Source: Sphyrna mokarran (Eukaryota). Taken from it: a stretch of 64,000 bases of DNA. The stretch lies in contig JAGIQG010000021.1 in NCBI GenBank assembly GCA_024679065.1, positions 41,850,001 to 41,914,000 of the forward strand, in the 5' to 3' direction. The translations under genes were made by a program, and so were the position numbers. The notes beneath the pieces are model-generated. The model saw nothing but the letters and a program-made list of their open reading frames with translations, did no database searches and was not told the origin of the DNA. Positions within the stretch are counted from its first letter, which is position 1; the number at the start of each line of letters is the position of its first letter. Shown here one piece after another: positions 51,401-63,845 of the stretch.

Positions 51401-51429
51401 ACATCATACATTTTTGATGAATGTTTTAA

Positions 51430-51740
51430 TGGCACAATGGCACAGTGATTGGCACTGCTGTCTCACAACACCAGGTACCTGTGTTCAATTCCTGCCTTGG
51501 GTGACCAAATGAAGTTTGCATATTCTCTCTATGTTTGTGTGGGTTTCCTCCAGGTGCTCCAGTTTCCTCTCACAACCAAAGATGTGCAGGTTAGATGGAT
51601 TGTTAATGATAATGGTTCCTTAGTGTCAGGGAGATTACAAGGTAAATGAGTGGGATTTTGCAGATAGGGCCAGGGTGGGAATGTTACCAATGCAGGTTTG
51701 ATGGGCCAAATGGCCTCCTTCTGCACTGCAGGGATTCTAA
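51430..51740 (+). mobile_element. HE1-like V-SINE
   Basis: Head, V-core, CR1-type tail. Confidence 0.85.
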
Positions 51741-52529
51741 GAAAAGCATTAACTCAAATGTCTTCTCCACTGACTTGTGGAATCTTTCCAGCATTTCCTG
51801 TAATGTTACTTTATCACTTTTTGGCTTTGTACTAAGTTTGAGTTAACTCCCAGCTGTTGTAAAGTCAAAATTTAAAGTTTGGCTGCCTGGGACCACCAAA
51901 ACACTTTTGAAAATTATTTTTTTCTAGTGAATGTCGGCCTGAACAAAATTAATTGATGTCAACTCAAATGAAGCTTTGGAGACCATCAATAGGCCTTAGC
52001 AGCATTGGATCGGGAAAGGGAAAATAAGCCATGGCTTTTAATCCTGAATTCTATCCAGTATGTAAATTAAGTCGTACTTGAATCTGATACCCTTTAAAAT
52101 CAGATTGCCTTCTAATTTTAATTCTTCAGGTAACAAAGGCAAACTAGTACCTACTCCAGTATGATCCAATATTTTCTGGAGAGGATTGAAAACTTCGTAT
52201 TTTCAAATATTTATAAAATAAAATCTTCTTTCAGTTTTTCAGACATATCATTTGACATAATAAAAAGTGTAAATCTGTCTTTCTCCACTCCTTTCCCTTC
52301 TCAAATGTTACTTTTGAGGACAGTGTGCTTTTAAAGGCTGGTTTGATTGTCAGATTCACTTCCGGGTTATTTGGCTACAGCATGGCTTTGTAGTGTTGGG
52401 AGAATATTTAAGATATACTAGTAGAAGCTCCTTTTGAATAACTCATGGTGAGTCAGAGGAATTTGTCTATCGTAAATGAAAAGATTTGAAAAGAAGTTTG
52501 TTAGCAGTCTTTGTATAGAATGTTGTTAA

Positions 52530-52930
52530 CATAGAATTATATAGAACTAACAGCACAGAAACAGGCCATTCAACCCAGCTGGTCTGTGCCAGCATTTATG
52601 TTCTGCACCAGCCTGCTCCCACCCTATTTATCTTTCCTTATCAATTAAATTTTCTACTCCTTTTCCCCTTATGTATTGATTTAGTGTTGCCTGAAAAGTG
52701 CCTGGGCTATTTGCCTCAAACACTCAACGTGGTAGCAAGGTCCACATTCTGACTCGATGGACAAAGGAACCAATCATTTTTTATTGAATTATCAGTGACT
52801 ATAACATCTCTATCCTTTCTACTCTTATCAAACCCCTTCATTGTTTAATGGCATCTGTTAGCTCACTTCTCGCTCTTTTCTTTACTAGAAGATTCAACTC
52901 CAGTTTTTCCTGATAATTACAACATTCTTT
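52530..52930 (-). mobile_element. Old CR1 3' end
   Basis: catagaattatatagaa..cagcacagaaacaggccattcaaccc. Confidence 0.65.
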
Positions 52931-54011
52931 TTGCATTTAATGTTACATTAATATATTTCTGTGACTCTCACATGAGATTGGTTAGCTTTTGACTTAGATA
53001 TTAACTTGGCACTTTTCCCTACACCTTCGTGGTGAGGGCTAGTAAAATACCTTATGGAAATTCTGAACTAATTTGAATCCTGTATCATTTACTAAGTAGG
53101 TCTCCAGCACTAGCTAATGTTATTAGCAACTTCTGTTTAAATGGACATTTAAGACTTCTATTCATAAACTTGAATAATGGTATAGTCCTTGCAGAATTTT
53201 CTTGTCTAAATCAAAGATGCTTTGCATTGCCTTTCAAATAATAGACTGTCTTAACCAGCTACTGTATATGATAAAATATAAACAAAACAATGCCAAATTG
53301 CAAAGTATGAAGTTCCATTTATCACACTTGAAGCATGTTGTATCTATTAGATAAATAACCCTGCAGTATAGCTGATCAAATCACTTGTTAAGTAAAATTA
53401 CCTCAGCAAATATTGGAAAATTTAGAGAGATTTCATCGGTTGTGCTTTTGGTGTCAGCTCTTATGCATTATTTTTCTCCTGAATTCTCAAGTTTGTTCAA
53501 AATATTTTACCTCTCTCTCAGTCCCTGCTTTGTCTATATTTCACTCATTCTTTCTACAACAACCCTTGATTCCCGAGAGTTATTTTGTACTGAACAACAA
53601 ATAGAATCTCAAAGTCAAGCAAACATAATATTAGATTCTGCTTGAGACATAGAATCATCATCAGATAAGACAGCATTACTTATGCTCCAATGTAATGATT
53701 AATTTTGTTCTGTGAATAATGATGAACCAATGAATAATTTAATGCTGGCAAAATATATTTTCATTAACCCTATTATTTAATTCTTTTCTATTCAGAACGT
53801 TAAATAAGTTCAAAAAATGAACTCTAACATTTTACACCAAATATATTATAAGCTATTGCATTAGGGAATTATAGAATTCAACAGTCTGAGTGGGAACTGG
53901 AGACACCACATATGGTTAAGATAAAGGAGCAGATAGTAACGCATCATAGTGTACAAGTGTACTGCTTTGTTCACTCTGGAATATCAACATGAGCAAAGGC
54001 AACAGAGCAAG

Positions 54012-54570
54012 AGGGTGGTACAGTGGTTAGCACTGCTGCTTCACAGCTCCAAGAACTCGGGTTCAATTTCAGCCTGGGGTGACTGCCTATGTGGAGTTCG
54101 CTCTTTCTCCCCTACTTTGCATGAATTTGTTCCTGGTTTCCTCACACAGTCCAAATATGTGCAAGTTAGGCTGTTTGGCCATGTTAAATTGCCAAATGTG
54201 TTGGGGGGCATGGGTGGGGATTGTTGTCAGTGCAGCCTTGATGGGCCAAATAGTCTCTTCCTGCAGTGTAGCGATTCTATGAAGTTTATAAATTTTATTC
54301 ATTAGTGTCACAGGTAGGCTTACATTAATGCTGCAATGAAATTACTGTGACAATCCTCTAGTTGCCACACTCCAGCACCTGTTCGGGTACACTGAGGGAG
54401 AATTTAGCATGGCCAATGCACCTAACCAGTGCATCTTCTGGGAAGAAATGCACACTGACACGGGAGAATGTGCAAACACTGTGCAGATAAGGGCCCAAAC
54501 TGGGAATCGAACCCGAGTTCCTGGTGCTATGAGGCAGCAGTGCTAACCACTGTGCTACTGTGCCACCACA
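54012..54570. mobile_element. Tail-to-tail V-SINE pair (54012-54283 plus, CR1 tail; 54285-54570 minus, tail type 2)
   Basis: Heads at both outer ends, tails abut at ~54284. Confidence 0.85.
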
Positions 54571-55087
54571 TTCCATGATTCTATGAAATGTAAGAGCTTA
54601 AGACAGAAATAGAGAGGAAAAATGAGGAACTTGAGATTGCTTCTTGTACAGCTAATACTGTGACAGAATTTTCCTTGCAACCGATACCAAATTTGCTGCT
54701 GCTGCTTTTTGCATCTTCTGCTTTACAAAAGACCAAGTTGTGATCTCCCATTGTGTATGCCTTGCTGACAATCACTGTATAAATATGCCCATTTTTCATT
54801 CACATTTATTTTGAACACCACTATGATATATTGTATAGTTGATTGGTATTTCAATTATTTTCAGAAAGAAACACTGTTCACTAATAAATTGTACTCAATA
54901 CCTTTTCAGACCTCCCAGCTCACTTCTCTACCTTTTGGAAAAAGTGCATCCACGTGTGTACGTCATTCACCATCTTCTAAATGACGTGGAATAATGCGAA
55001 TGGTAGAAGGTAAGTGAAATTATCAGTAAGTGAGAAAAGAAATTTGTTGCCTTTGAACACAGAGGTATGAAGTACAAGCACTCTTAT

Positions 55088-55433
55088 CGTAGAATCATAG
55101 AACTCCTGCAGCAGGAGATCATTTGGCTCACTGAATCTGCATCGATTTTCTGACAGAGCATCTTACTCAGGCCCTGTCCCCATAACCTCTCGCACTCATC
55201 CCATTGATCCACCTAATTACATATCCTGGGACACTGAGGGACAATTTAACAAGGCTAATCCCCTAACCTGCATATCTTTGTATTTGGGAGGAAACCAGAG
55301 CATCTGGAGGAAAGCAAAGTAGACACAAGAGAACATGCAAACTTCACACAGTTAGTCACCCAAGGCCGGAATTGAATCTGGGATGCCTGACACTGTGAGG
55401 CTGCAGTGCTAACCTCTGTGCCACCATTGCCAC
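55088..55433 (-). mobile_element. HE1-like V-SINE
   Basis: tagaatcatagaa tail; gtgctaacctctgtgccacc head. Confidence 0.85.
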
Positions 55434-55461
55434 ATTCATTGTCCATGCCTCTATATTAGTG

Positions 55462-56132
55462 AAGTTTTACAACACCAATTTTAAATCCAACCAATTTATT
55501 TGATAGTAAATTCGCGAGCTTTCGACTCTATAGCCTTTGTCAGGCAAATGCAGTGTTCTGGTCTGCAATAGCACTCATATCAACACAAACAGTCACAGAT
55601 TGCTGATTAGAATGCGAATCCTTACATCTAACCTGCTATTCAAGTGTTAAAGTGGCTAACAATGTGTGTGAAGGAAATCCTGAGCATTGGTTAGAGAATT
55701 GTGTATTTTCTCCAGACAGCACAGTAAGTGAGATTTTTTGCTAACCCAGGCAAGTTACGGGGGTTACAGATAGTGTGTCATGAAGCCAAGATCCCGATTA
55801 AGACCGTCCTCATGTGTGAGGAACTTGGCTATCAGTCTCTGCTCAGCAACTCTGCACTGTCGTGTGTCACGAAGGCCCCCTTGTTCTTCATTGTTAGCCA
55901 CTTTAACACTTGAATAGCAGGTTAAATGTAAGGATTCGTATTCTAATCAGCAATCTGTAACTGTCTGTGTTGATATGAGTGCTATTGCAGACCAGAACAC
56001 TGCATTTGCCTGACGAAGGCTATAGAGTCGAAAGCTCGCGAATTTACTATCAAATAAATTGGTTGGATTTAAAATTGGTGTTGTAAAACTTTACTGAGTT
56101 TACCCCAGTCCAACGCCGGCATCTCTACATCA
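55462..56132. mobile_element. Young Penelope-like family A insertion with inverted pLTR arms, endonuclease C-terminus and hammerhead
   Basis: Arms ~55464-55664 / ~55889-56091; minus-strand 55775-55883 reads QGGLRDTRQCRVAEQRLIAKFLTHEDGLNRDLGFMTHYL*; TSD TCTATATTAGTG at 55450-55461 and 56133-56144. Confidence 0.92.
56004..56043 (+). ncRNA. Minimal type I hammerhead ribozyme motif
   Basis: Stem I AUUUGC/GCGAAU, core CUGACGA(+A), stem II GGCU/AGUC, GAAA, palindromic AGCU stem III, predicted cleavage after C56037. Confidence 0.72.
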
Positions 56133-56519
56133 TCTATATTAGTGGACAGGCAAGAAAATAAGAGAAGCAAGATGTTGAAAGACAACAAAATGGAAAAAAA
56201 AGAAAAATGTTAACTTCCTTTAAAGCAAAAGACAAACACACAGGACACTGAAACACTGCATCAGGATCAATCATCAACTGTACATACACACATACGGTCA
56301 GCATACGCTGGCTGAAAGGGAAACATTCTGGTGGCTGGGATGAAGAAATTTTCCATTACTGACCAACAATGAAGAACACATGATAGTGGTTACTAATGCT
56401 TCTTAGCAAAAGTGAAACCCTTCTGTAAGCCTTTTCTTTTTTGCATACCTCCAAAAATGTCACTGATACAAGTTTTAGGAAGCTCATAATTTATGAGTGG
56501 AGGAACAGTTGAAGCTCAA

Positions 56520-57860
56520 CTCAAACTAATTGCAACATCAACAACTTGTACCGCATTGAATGTAACAAAGCATCTCAAAGTGCTTCACGGGAGCATTATA
56601 AAACAAAGATAAATTGAGCCACACGTGGATAGACAGAGCGAAAAAGAGGTAAAGTGATTTAAAAAGGGTATTGCAGCGGTTGGGGCTGAGGAAACTGAAG
56701 TTATGGCCACTAATAGCAGTCTAATGGTAAACCACGAGAAGACAGAATTAAAAGGAACACAGTTATCTAACAGGGCTGGAGGAGGTAGGGAGGGGCGAGA
56801 CTATGGATGGATTTGAAAACAAGGATGCGAATTTTAAAATCAAGACATTCCTTGACTTGAAGCTGAATTTATTGAGCTGAAGAGTGATAGGGGAATGGGA
56901 TATGTTGTGAGTTAAATGTGGGCAGTAGAATTTTGGATTATCTCAATGTTGCCTGGGTTAGAATGTGAGGGAGCAGTCCAGGGTGTGTTGTATTAAAGTG
57001 CAGAGGGTGAATGAGAGTTTCAGTAGCAGAAGAACCAATACATGGGGGCAATGCTACTTGAGATGAAAATAGGTATTTTTCGTGCTGGTATGAATATGAG
57101 TTCAGAAGCTCACCTTGAGATCAAATGAGACATCAAAACTAGGAGAGATATACAGCTGAAAAATAAGACAGACTGAATAGACTGGCATGATCCTAGAATT
57201 TAGAAGAATGAGGGAGGAATCTTATAGTAATATATAAAATTATAAAGGGAACAGATAAGATAGAAGCATAGGTTGTTTCCACTAGTGGGTGAAATTAGAA
57301 CTAGGGGGCATAGCCTCAAAATAAGGGGGAGCAGATTTAGAACTGAGTTGAGGAGGAATTTCTTCACCCAAAGAGTTATGAATCTGTAAAATTCCCTGCC
57401 TACTGAAGGACTTTAGATGACCTTGTTGAAAGTTTTTAAAGCAAAAATAAATTTTTGAACAGTAAAGGAATTAAGGGTTATGGTGAGTGGGTGGGTGAAT
57501 AGAACTGAATCCATGAAAAGGTCAGCCATGATCTTATTGAATTGTGGAGCAGGCTCAAGAGGCAAAATGGCTTGCTCTTACTCCTAGTTCTTATATTCTT
57601 AAATTATGTTCTAAGATTAGATCCTTGGAGGACACTCGAGGTAGTAGCGAGAGATCCATTGCGTGCGATTCCCTTACTATGATTAGTCAGAGAATCAAAC
57701 ATAGGAGCTAGGTAAAAGCAGTTGCATCCAGCTACATGACCGTGGAAAAATGTTAAAGGAGCATGGTGTGATTAACTGTGTAGAGAGCTATGGACAGTTG
57801 AGAAGGAGAAGGAAAAGTTTACCTCTGTCATATTCACAAAGAATGTGACTTTGATAAGAG
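56520..57860. mobile_element. L2 3' fragment (minus) interrupted by a CR1 3' end (57180-57610, plus)
   Basis: ggatttgaaaacaaggatgcgaattttaaaatcaag (L2); gagttgaggaggaatttcttcacccaaagagtt (CR1). Confidence 0.75.
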
Positions 57861-58839
57861 CTTTTGTAAACAGCCAGAGAGGAAAGCCAAGTGCTGTGTA
57901 ATTTGGTGAAATAGTACACCTAAAATCCAACAATTTTATTGGTATAATTGAGTATATTTGACTTTATAAATGAATGTATTTGTCTTGTGTAGGAAGATGA
58001 GACTTTACTGAGTTATGGCAAGATTATAGAATGAATTCTGACTATGCTGAATTGAATCCTCAGATACAAAGACGGAAACTGGATTCGTATTGCCGCAACA
58101 TAGAATTCAGAACAGTTGGCACTGAATCACATCAGTGAGTAATATTATAAATAGGCTGGACTTCCCCTTCAATGCAATTTCATCATTATGTATAAAAATT
58201 AAGGAAGTCACATTCGAAATGAAATTAATGATGACATCATTGGGTGTGTAGATTGCATTAAGATAATTGTATTACAATGAGATATATTTAAATATGTTTC
58301 TCAAGGAACATTGTCATTGTATTTAGTAAACTTTATAGCAACTGAGTCTTCGATTAATATAGTGCTTCCCATGTATTGATATAGAATTGATATAGCGACT
58401 ATTATTGATACAGTGTACTAACATGCAGTTTTTCATGCAAATGAAAATCTAGGTTGAAATAAGTTTTGTGGCAGTTTACAGAGGTGAGAGAGTGGTATAC
58501 CAAATGTAAGAGGATAGGAATTGTGCTTGGAAAAGAGTCTGTAGCGACAGAAGACAAACGTTGGAAAGAAGACGTAAACTACAGATGGAACAATGCAATG
58601 TGTGTAATGGGAGAGCTCTGGTGAAAACTGCACAGAGTATAGCAGCATCACAAAAGGAGTTGATGGTGAGAAAAGGGATCTTGAATAGTCTGCTAGACCA
58701 CAGGGAGTCTGTATAGTTTGGAGTGGGTGTGAGTGATGAGTGTGTGGAAACATCCTTAGTAGAGGACTAGGTGATATTTCTGAGGACAGTGAAAAGAACA
58801 TTCCAATAATCAATAAGAATATTTAGAAAGCCCTCCTAT

Positions 58840-59965
58840 TTCTCCAGATATTTTTGCTGCTTTTTAAGTGGCATCATCTGAAAACACATCAAGTTCCACA
58901 TCTACACTGACAATACCTAGCTGTACTCACCTCGCTCTGCCAATTCACTGGCTCTGATGAGACACATGACATCTTTGATACCAAGCACTGGCTGAGTGAA
59001 AACTTACTGCAGATTACTGTTTGGTTCCTGTTAAAAATGTGTTTCCTGTCCACCAAGTCCTACCTCCCCCCAGCAACTGTCTGAGGCTGAACTCGACCAT
59101 TAACAATCTTGGTGTTGTGTTTGACCACACATTGACTCCCTTATCAAGACTGCCTATATCCATCTTCATAACATCGACTTTCTCTGCTACTGTGTCAGCT
59201 TATCAACAGCTGAAATCTTTATCATGTGTTTGCTATAAGGTTGACTATTCCAATTGTCTTCTGGCTGACTTTCTGTCTTGCTCTCAAAGGAAATTTGAGG
59301 CAAAATGCTGCTCCCAGTAACTTGCACCAAGTCCCGTTCACCAAGACCTACATTTCTTACCACCTCCCTGACCACTCACCCCCCTTCCCCAATCTAACAA
59401 CGTCTCAAATTTAAAACTCTTGTTCTTGTTTTCAAATCCCTCTGTGACCTTAGCCTTTATACTGGGGAAGGAAATCTGTCATTTATACCCAGTCTGACCT
59501 ACATATGACTCCAGACCAATAGAGAAATGATTAACTCTTTAAAAATGCTCTCTGAAATCACCTAGCAAGCCACACAATTCTAGGGAATTTAAGAAAGAAG
59601 AATAAGTTCTGGGCCAGCCAGCAAAGCCCATATCCCATGAAAGAAAAAAAATTGTAACTTCCTCCTAAAGTACAAGCCTTTGTGAACTCTGGGCTCCTCC
59701 AAATTCTGGCCTCTTGTGCAGTCCCACTTTTAAATGGTCCAACATTGTTGGCCTAGGGTATAAGCTCTGGAATTTCACCTCCAAATCTCTCCCCACCCTA
59801 CCCCTTTCTCCTCCTCCAAGGTACTAACATTTTGACTAAGCTTTTTGTCATCTGTCATATCTCTTTGTGTGATTTGGTGTCAAGCTTAATTTGATATTAC
59901 TCGTGTGATATGCCAAAGAATGTTTTGCTATGTTGAAGGTATAATAAAATGCAAATCAATGTTGA
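58840..59965 (+). mobile_element. L2 3' fragment with a nested family-2 SINE tail (59460-59650)
   Basis: NLGVVFD, VDYSNCLLA; tttaaaactcttgttcttgttttcaaatccct. Confidence 0.75.
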
Positions 59966-60509
59966 TGTTAATGTTATTTATACACAAATAGCACAATGTT
60001 GATTATTCATTATGTTATTAAAAGTGGGGTTGACAATCAAACTATTATAAAAATTGGTTTGAAGAAATCATCATCTTTACAATATAATGAATGAGAAATG
60101 ACTAAAATTTGCAGCTATAGTTTCAAAGCAAGATGTACCTAAAAATATATTGACCCGTGTTGTGTAATGGATGTGATTTCAAGGCTAGGTGCATGTGAAA
60201 ATATATTGACCTCAGTTGTGTAATGTGGGATGTAAGGTTAGATAGAGATATTTTAGCATTTACTTGATTTGTCTTATTCTTAGCTTTGGAGAAGGGGCCA
60301 GAATTTTTGCTTTGAAAAATCAAGTGGCTTGGAGAAAGTCCATCATTTATACATATTCCTATAGAAAAAAAGGCTTGATATATTATCATTTTTCCTTCTT
60401 CCAAACATTTAAAAAAAAGCACCGTGATACCATTCATTAAAATTTACACAGATGGCATGCTTGGTTTATTGGTAACTGATAGGAGATTGAGGGTTCAAGC
60501 TCTATTTAA

Positions 60510-60930
60510 TGACAAACATACAAATTAGGAGCAGGAGTAGGCTATTTGGCTCCTTAAACCTTCTCCGTCATTCAATAAGGTCAAGACTGATCCATTTGTG
60601 ACCTCAACTCTACATTCCGCCTAGCCCCGATATCATTTGACTCTGTTTGTTAATCACATTTATCTATCTCCACCTTTGAAATGTTGCCTTTCTTCCATCA
60701 CTCTCTGGGGAAGACAGTTCCAAAGATTAAGGACTCTGTGAGAGAAAAGATTTCTTCTCACCTTCGTTTCAAAAGGGAGATCCCTTAATTTTAAATTGTG
60801 TCTCTTAGTTCTGGTCTCTCCCACAAAGGGAAACATCTTTTCAGCACCACACTGTTAAGTCCACTTGGGATCTTGTTACGTTTCAATAAAATCACCACTT
60901 AATATCTTAATTTGAGCAGATACCTAGGCT
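60510..60930 (-). mobile_element. CR1 3' end
   Basis: aattaggagcaggagtaggctatt..gagaaaagatttcttctca. Confidence 0.8.
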
Positions 60931-61084
60931 CGCACTGACACTATCAGGAAGAGAAATTTTACCTATTTTGCTTTCATCACAAGGAGGACTGAAGTCAATT
61001 ATTCTGTACTCATTCCTGCTCCAGCCGAGATTTTCTTACTTATTGCATAAATTAAACTTGGGGTCATCTTTGATTTGTGCTTCA

Positions 61085-61368
61085 CTGACCCAAAACACAG
61101 AATGTATGGAGTTTGCACATTCTCCCAATGTCTGTGGGTTTTTTCCAGAGGTGCTCCAGTTTCCTTCCAGTGTCCAAAGTTTGCACATTAGATGCATTGG
61201 CCATACTAAATTTCCCCTTCATGTCCAAATATATGTAAATTAGGTGGATTAGCTATGGTAAGTGCATGGGATTACAGGGATAGGATGGTGTGGGGCTGAG
61301 AAAAGGTACTCCTTTAGAGAGACTTAATGGGCAGAATGGCTTCCTTCTGCACTGTAGGGATTCTATGG
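61085..61368 (+). mobile_element. 5'-truncated V-SINE
   Basis: ggagtttgcacattctccc..ctgcactgtagggattctatg. Confidence 0.8.
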
Positions 61369-62799
61369 TTCCATCAGCAATATATTTCTCTCTGTACAAA
61401 AGTTGTCTAGCAGATGATTTATAAGATCTACCATTATCATCCAACACAAGAGACAACTTGCACTTATAAAATACCTCTTGTTGTCCTCAGGATGTCACAG
61501 TGCATGGTAGGGATATGCTACGTTGCCAGAGAAGTTGTCTTTTGGGTGAGATGTCAGATCAAAGCCCGGTTCAGATATTTCTCCAAATACAAACTGGGAT
61601 CAGAACCTTGTGCTGAGAGAGAAATAACCATTTGGTTTTCTGCAGAGTGGTCAGTTAGCAGACAGACAACTGAGTCACTCTGATTAAGGATGCTGAGTGG
61701 GCTCCTAAAGCTGGAGGGTTCAGCTTGAAAGCAGCAGAAGAATGTCACAGTGAAGACAGCCCAAAATGAAGGTGCTCTTCTTCCAACATTTTCAAAACCA
61801 AATCCGCTGTCACTGGATCAAAATCTCTTCCTAACACCAAGGATATTCCTTCAACACATGGACTTCAGTTGTTCAAGAAGGCAGCACACACCACCATATC
61901 AAAAGTAATGAGGGATAAGCAATAAACGTCCAGTCAGCAATGCTCACATTCCACAAATAGCAGCCTGGCCATCATTGTGAGTGGTAAGAGAGGGAGGTTA
62001 GTGATGGTAATGGCCCTCTGCAGTGAAGTTTGTGGCTGCTGTTGAACCTATATTGGCAAGGTGGGTCTGTAATGGTGCTGCTTTCGATCTGCCAAAGATT
62101 ATATATCAGAATTTCCTGACTGTTTACCCATTTTCCAATTTTTTGGGGGACAGGGAGAGAGAAATAATGATTCCAACCTTAGTGTCCAATCTTGATTCCA
62201 ATCGCAAACCATTCCTCTCAACTCATTAAACTTTGCTGAAATTTCCCTTGGCCAGCCACAGAACACATCTGAGTATTGCCTCTGGGCCCCATCACCTGTG
62301 GGAACCTAGAGGCTGAGCAGAAAATTCCAAATTGGCCTCTGTTCATATTGTTCACAGGCCTTAATGGGCCTTTAAATGAGTCAATTAGCTAGTTTGCTCC
62401 CCCTCTCCACAAGCACCACCCTGCAATTTTGGGAAAACAGCCTGAAGGCATTCAAAGCTCCCTGTCAATCAGCCCTTGTTCCCACTTCTGTTGGGGACTA
62501 ATCTATGATTCCTAACATAACGATGTCCATGAAACAATTGCTAATTGTAAAAACAGAGAGGGAGAGAATATATACGAGGGAGCGTAAGCCAGTGTCCTGA
62601 ACTCATAACAGAGATGCCTGGAATTCAGAAGAAGGAACTTAATTTCCAAATGCCACCCAGGGACGCTTGCCATCTCCACATAAGAAAAGTAAAAATCCTG
62701 TTTATCAGACACTGTACATTAGGGGAGGAGGGAAGCTGATCCCAGTTTGCAGGTGATAACGTAGGCAGCACCCCTTCATCAGGAAAGAGGGGTACAAGA

Positions 62800-63665
62800 A
62801 AGTGAGTGGCGCAAACCTGGTGCGACTTTTAACAGGGAATCTGACTCATTCGGTGTTCCCTGTGAAACGACATTCCCATTTGTTGCAACAGCCGGTTTTA
62901 CGTGAGGATTGAGGAAGGAAAGGAATCTGCAACCCGTCAACAGAAGCAGTATTGCCACAGCCGAGAGAGCACGATTTCAATTGTTTAAAGACTAGGATCT
63001 GAAGAACTAGGATGGGTTAGGGATGTGTTGTCTTATTTCTCTTAAAGTCCCCATTTCTGTGTAAGGGGGAGGGTCTGAATGGGTTTACTGAAGAAGCAAA
63101 AAAAATAATGGTTATCAGATATGAGAATCATGATTACCAAGAAAAAACATATGGAGCTCGAAGGACGAGCTGTTTTTTTTAAAAAAAATGCGTGGACCTT
63201 GTGGAGCCTGATATACAATGCAACTGTTACTTCTGGTGAATGTTATTTTGTTTATTTATTCAAAACACTAGGGAACTCCGATCCTCATCACTGCACGCAT
63301 TCAAATGATTTACAATGGGAGAGTTATCAGTTGGGTTTCCTTCCCGTCAAAGCGCCACCATTCAGAATTGCAACAGCAGCTCCACCGCTGAAAACATAGA
63401 GGGAGGAAATCATCGGAACGGTTACACTTTTCTCTCTCTTCCCCCTTCTCTTGTCAGTCCTACCCAATTCGGCATGACCTCAGCCCTGAGTCATATGGTG
63501 AGGTTGAGACAAACAATGAGGGAGTTCTAAGTGTAACATCTAGATCGAGAAAGGGGAGGAAGAGGAGAGGTGGTAGAGGAAAAGAAAGAGCAGAGAGAGA
63601 GAGAGGAAAACACACATTTTTGGATCTTTCGCCAGCCCAGCTCGTAGAACAGCGAGGAATCCGCT
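62800..63665 (+). promoter_or_regulatory. GAS7 promoter/5' UTR region
   Basis: CpG-retaining, repeat-free stretch with a GA-rich tract (63548-63610) directly upstream of the SH3 exon. Confidence 0.55.
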
Positions 63666-63845
63666 ATGGCCGGAGTTCTGTGCAAAACTTTGTACGCCTT
63701 CAGCGGGGACCAGCATCAGCAGGGACTGAAGTTCGAGGCTGGGGAGATCATCAAGGTTTTACAGGTGCTGAATGGTGGCTGGTGGGAAGGAGAGAAGGAT
63801 GGGGTCAGGGGATGGTTCCCTGCAAGTTATGTGGAGATTCTAGAG
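63666..63845 (+). CDS. GAS7: GAS7 first coding exon, N-terminal SH3 domain (MAGVLCKTLYAFSGDQHQQGLKFEAGEIIKVLQVLNGGWWEGEKDGVRGWFPASYVEILE)
   Basis: Closely resembles the human GAS7 long-isoform N-terminus as recalled (MSGARCRTLYPFSGERHGQGLRF...GGWWEGEK...GWFPASYV); donor GAG/GTGAGC at 63846; GAS7 flanks the MYH cluster in vertebrates. Confidence 0.93.
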
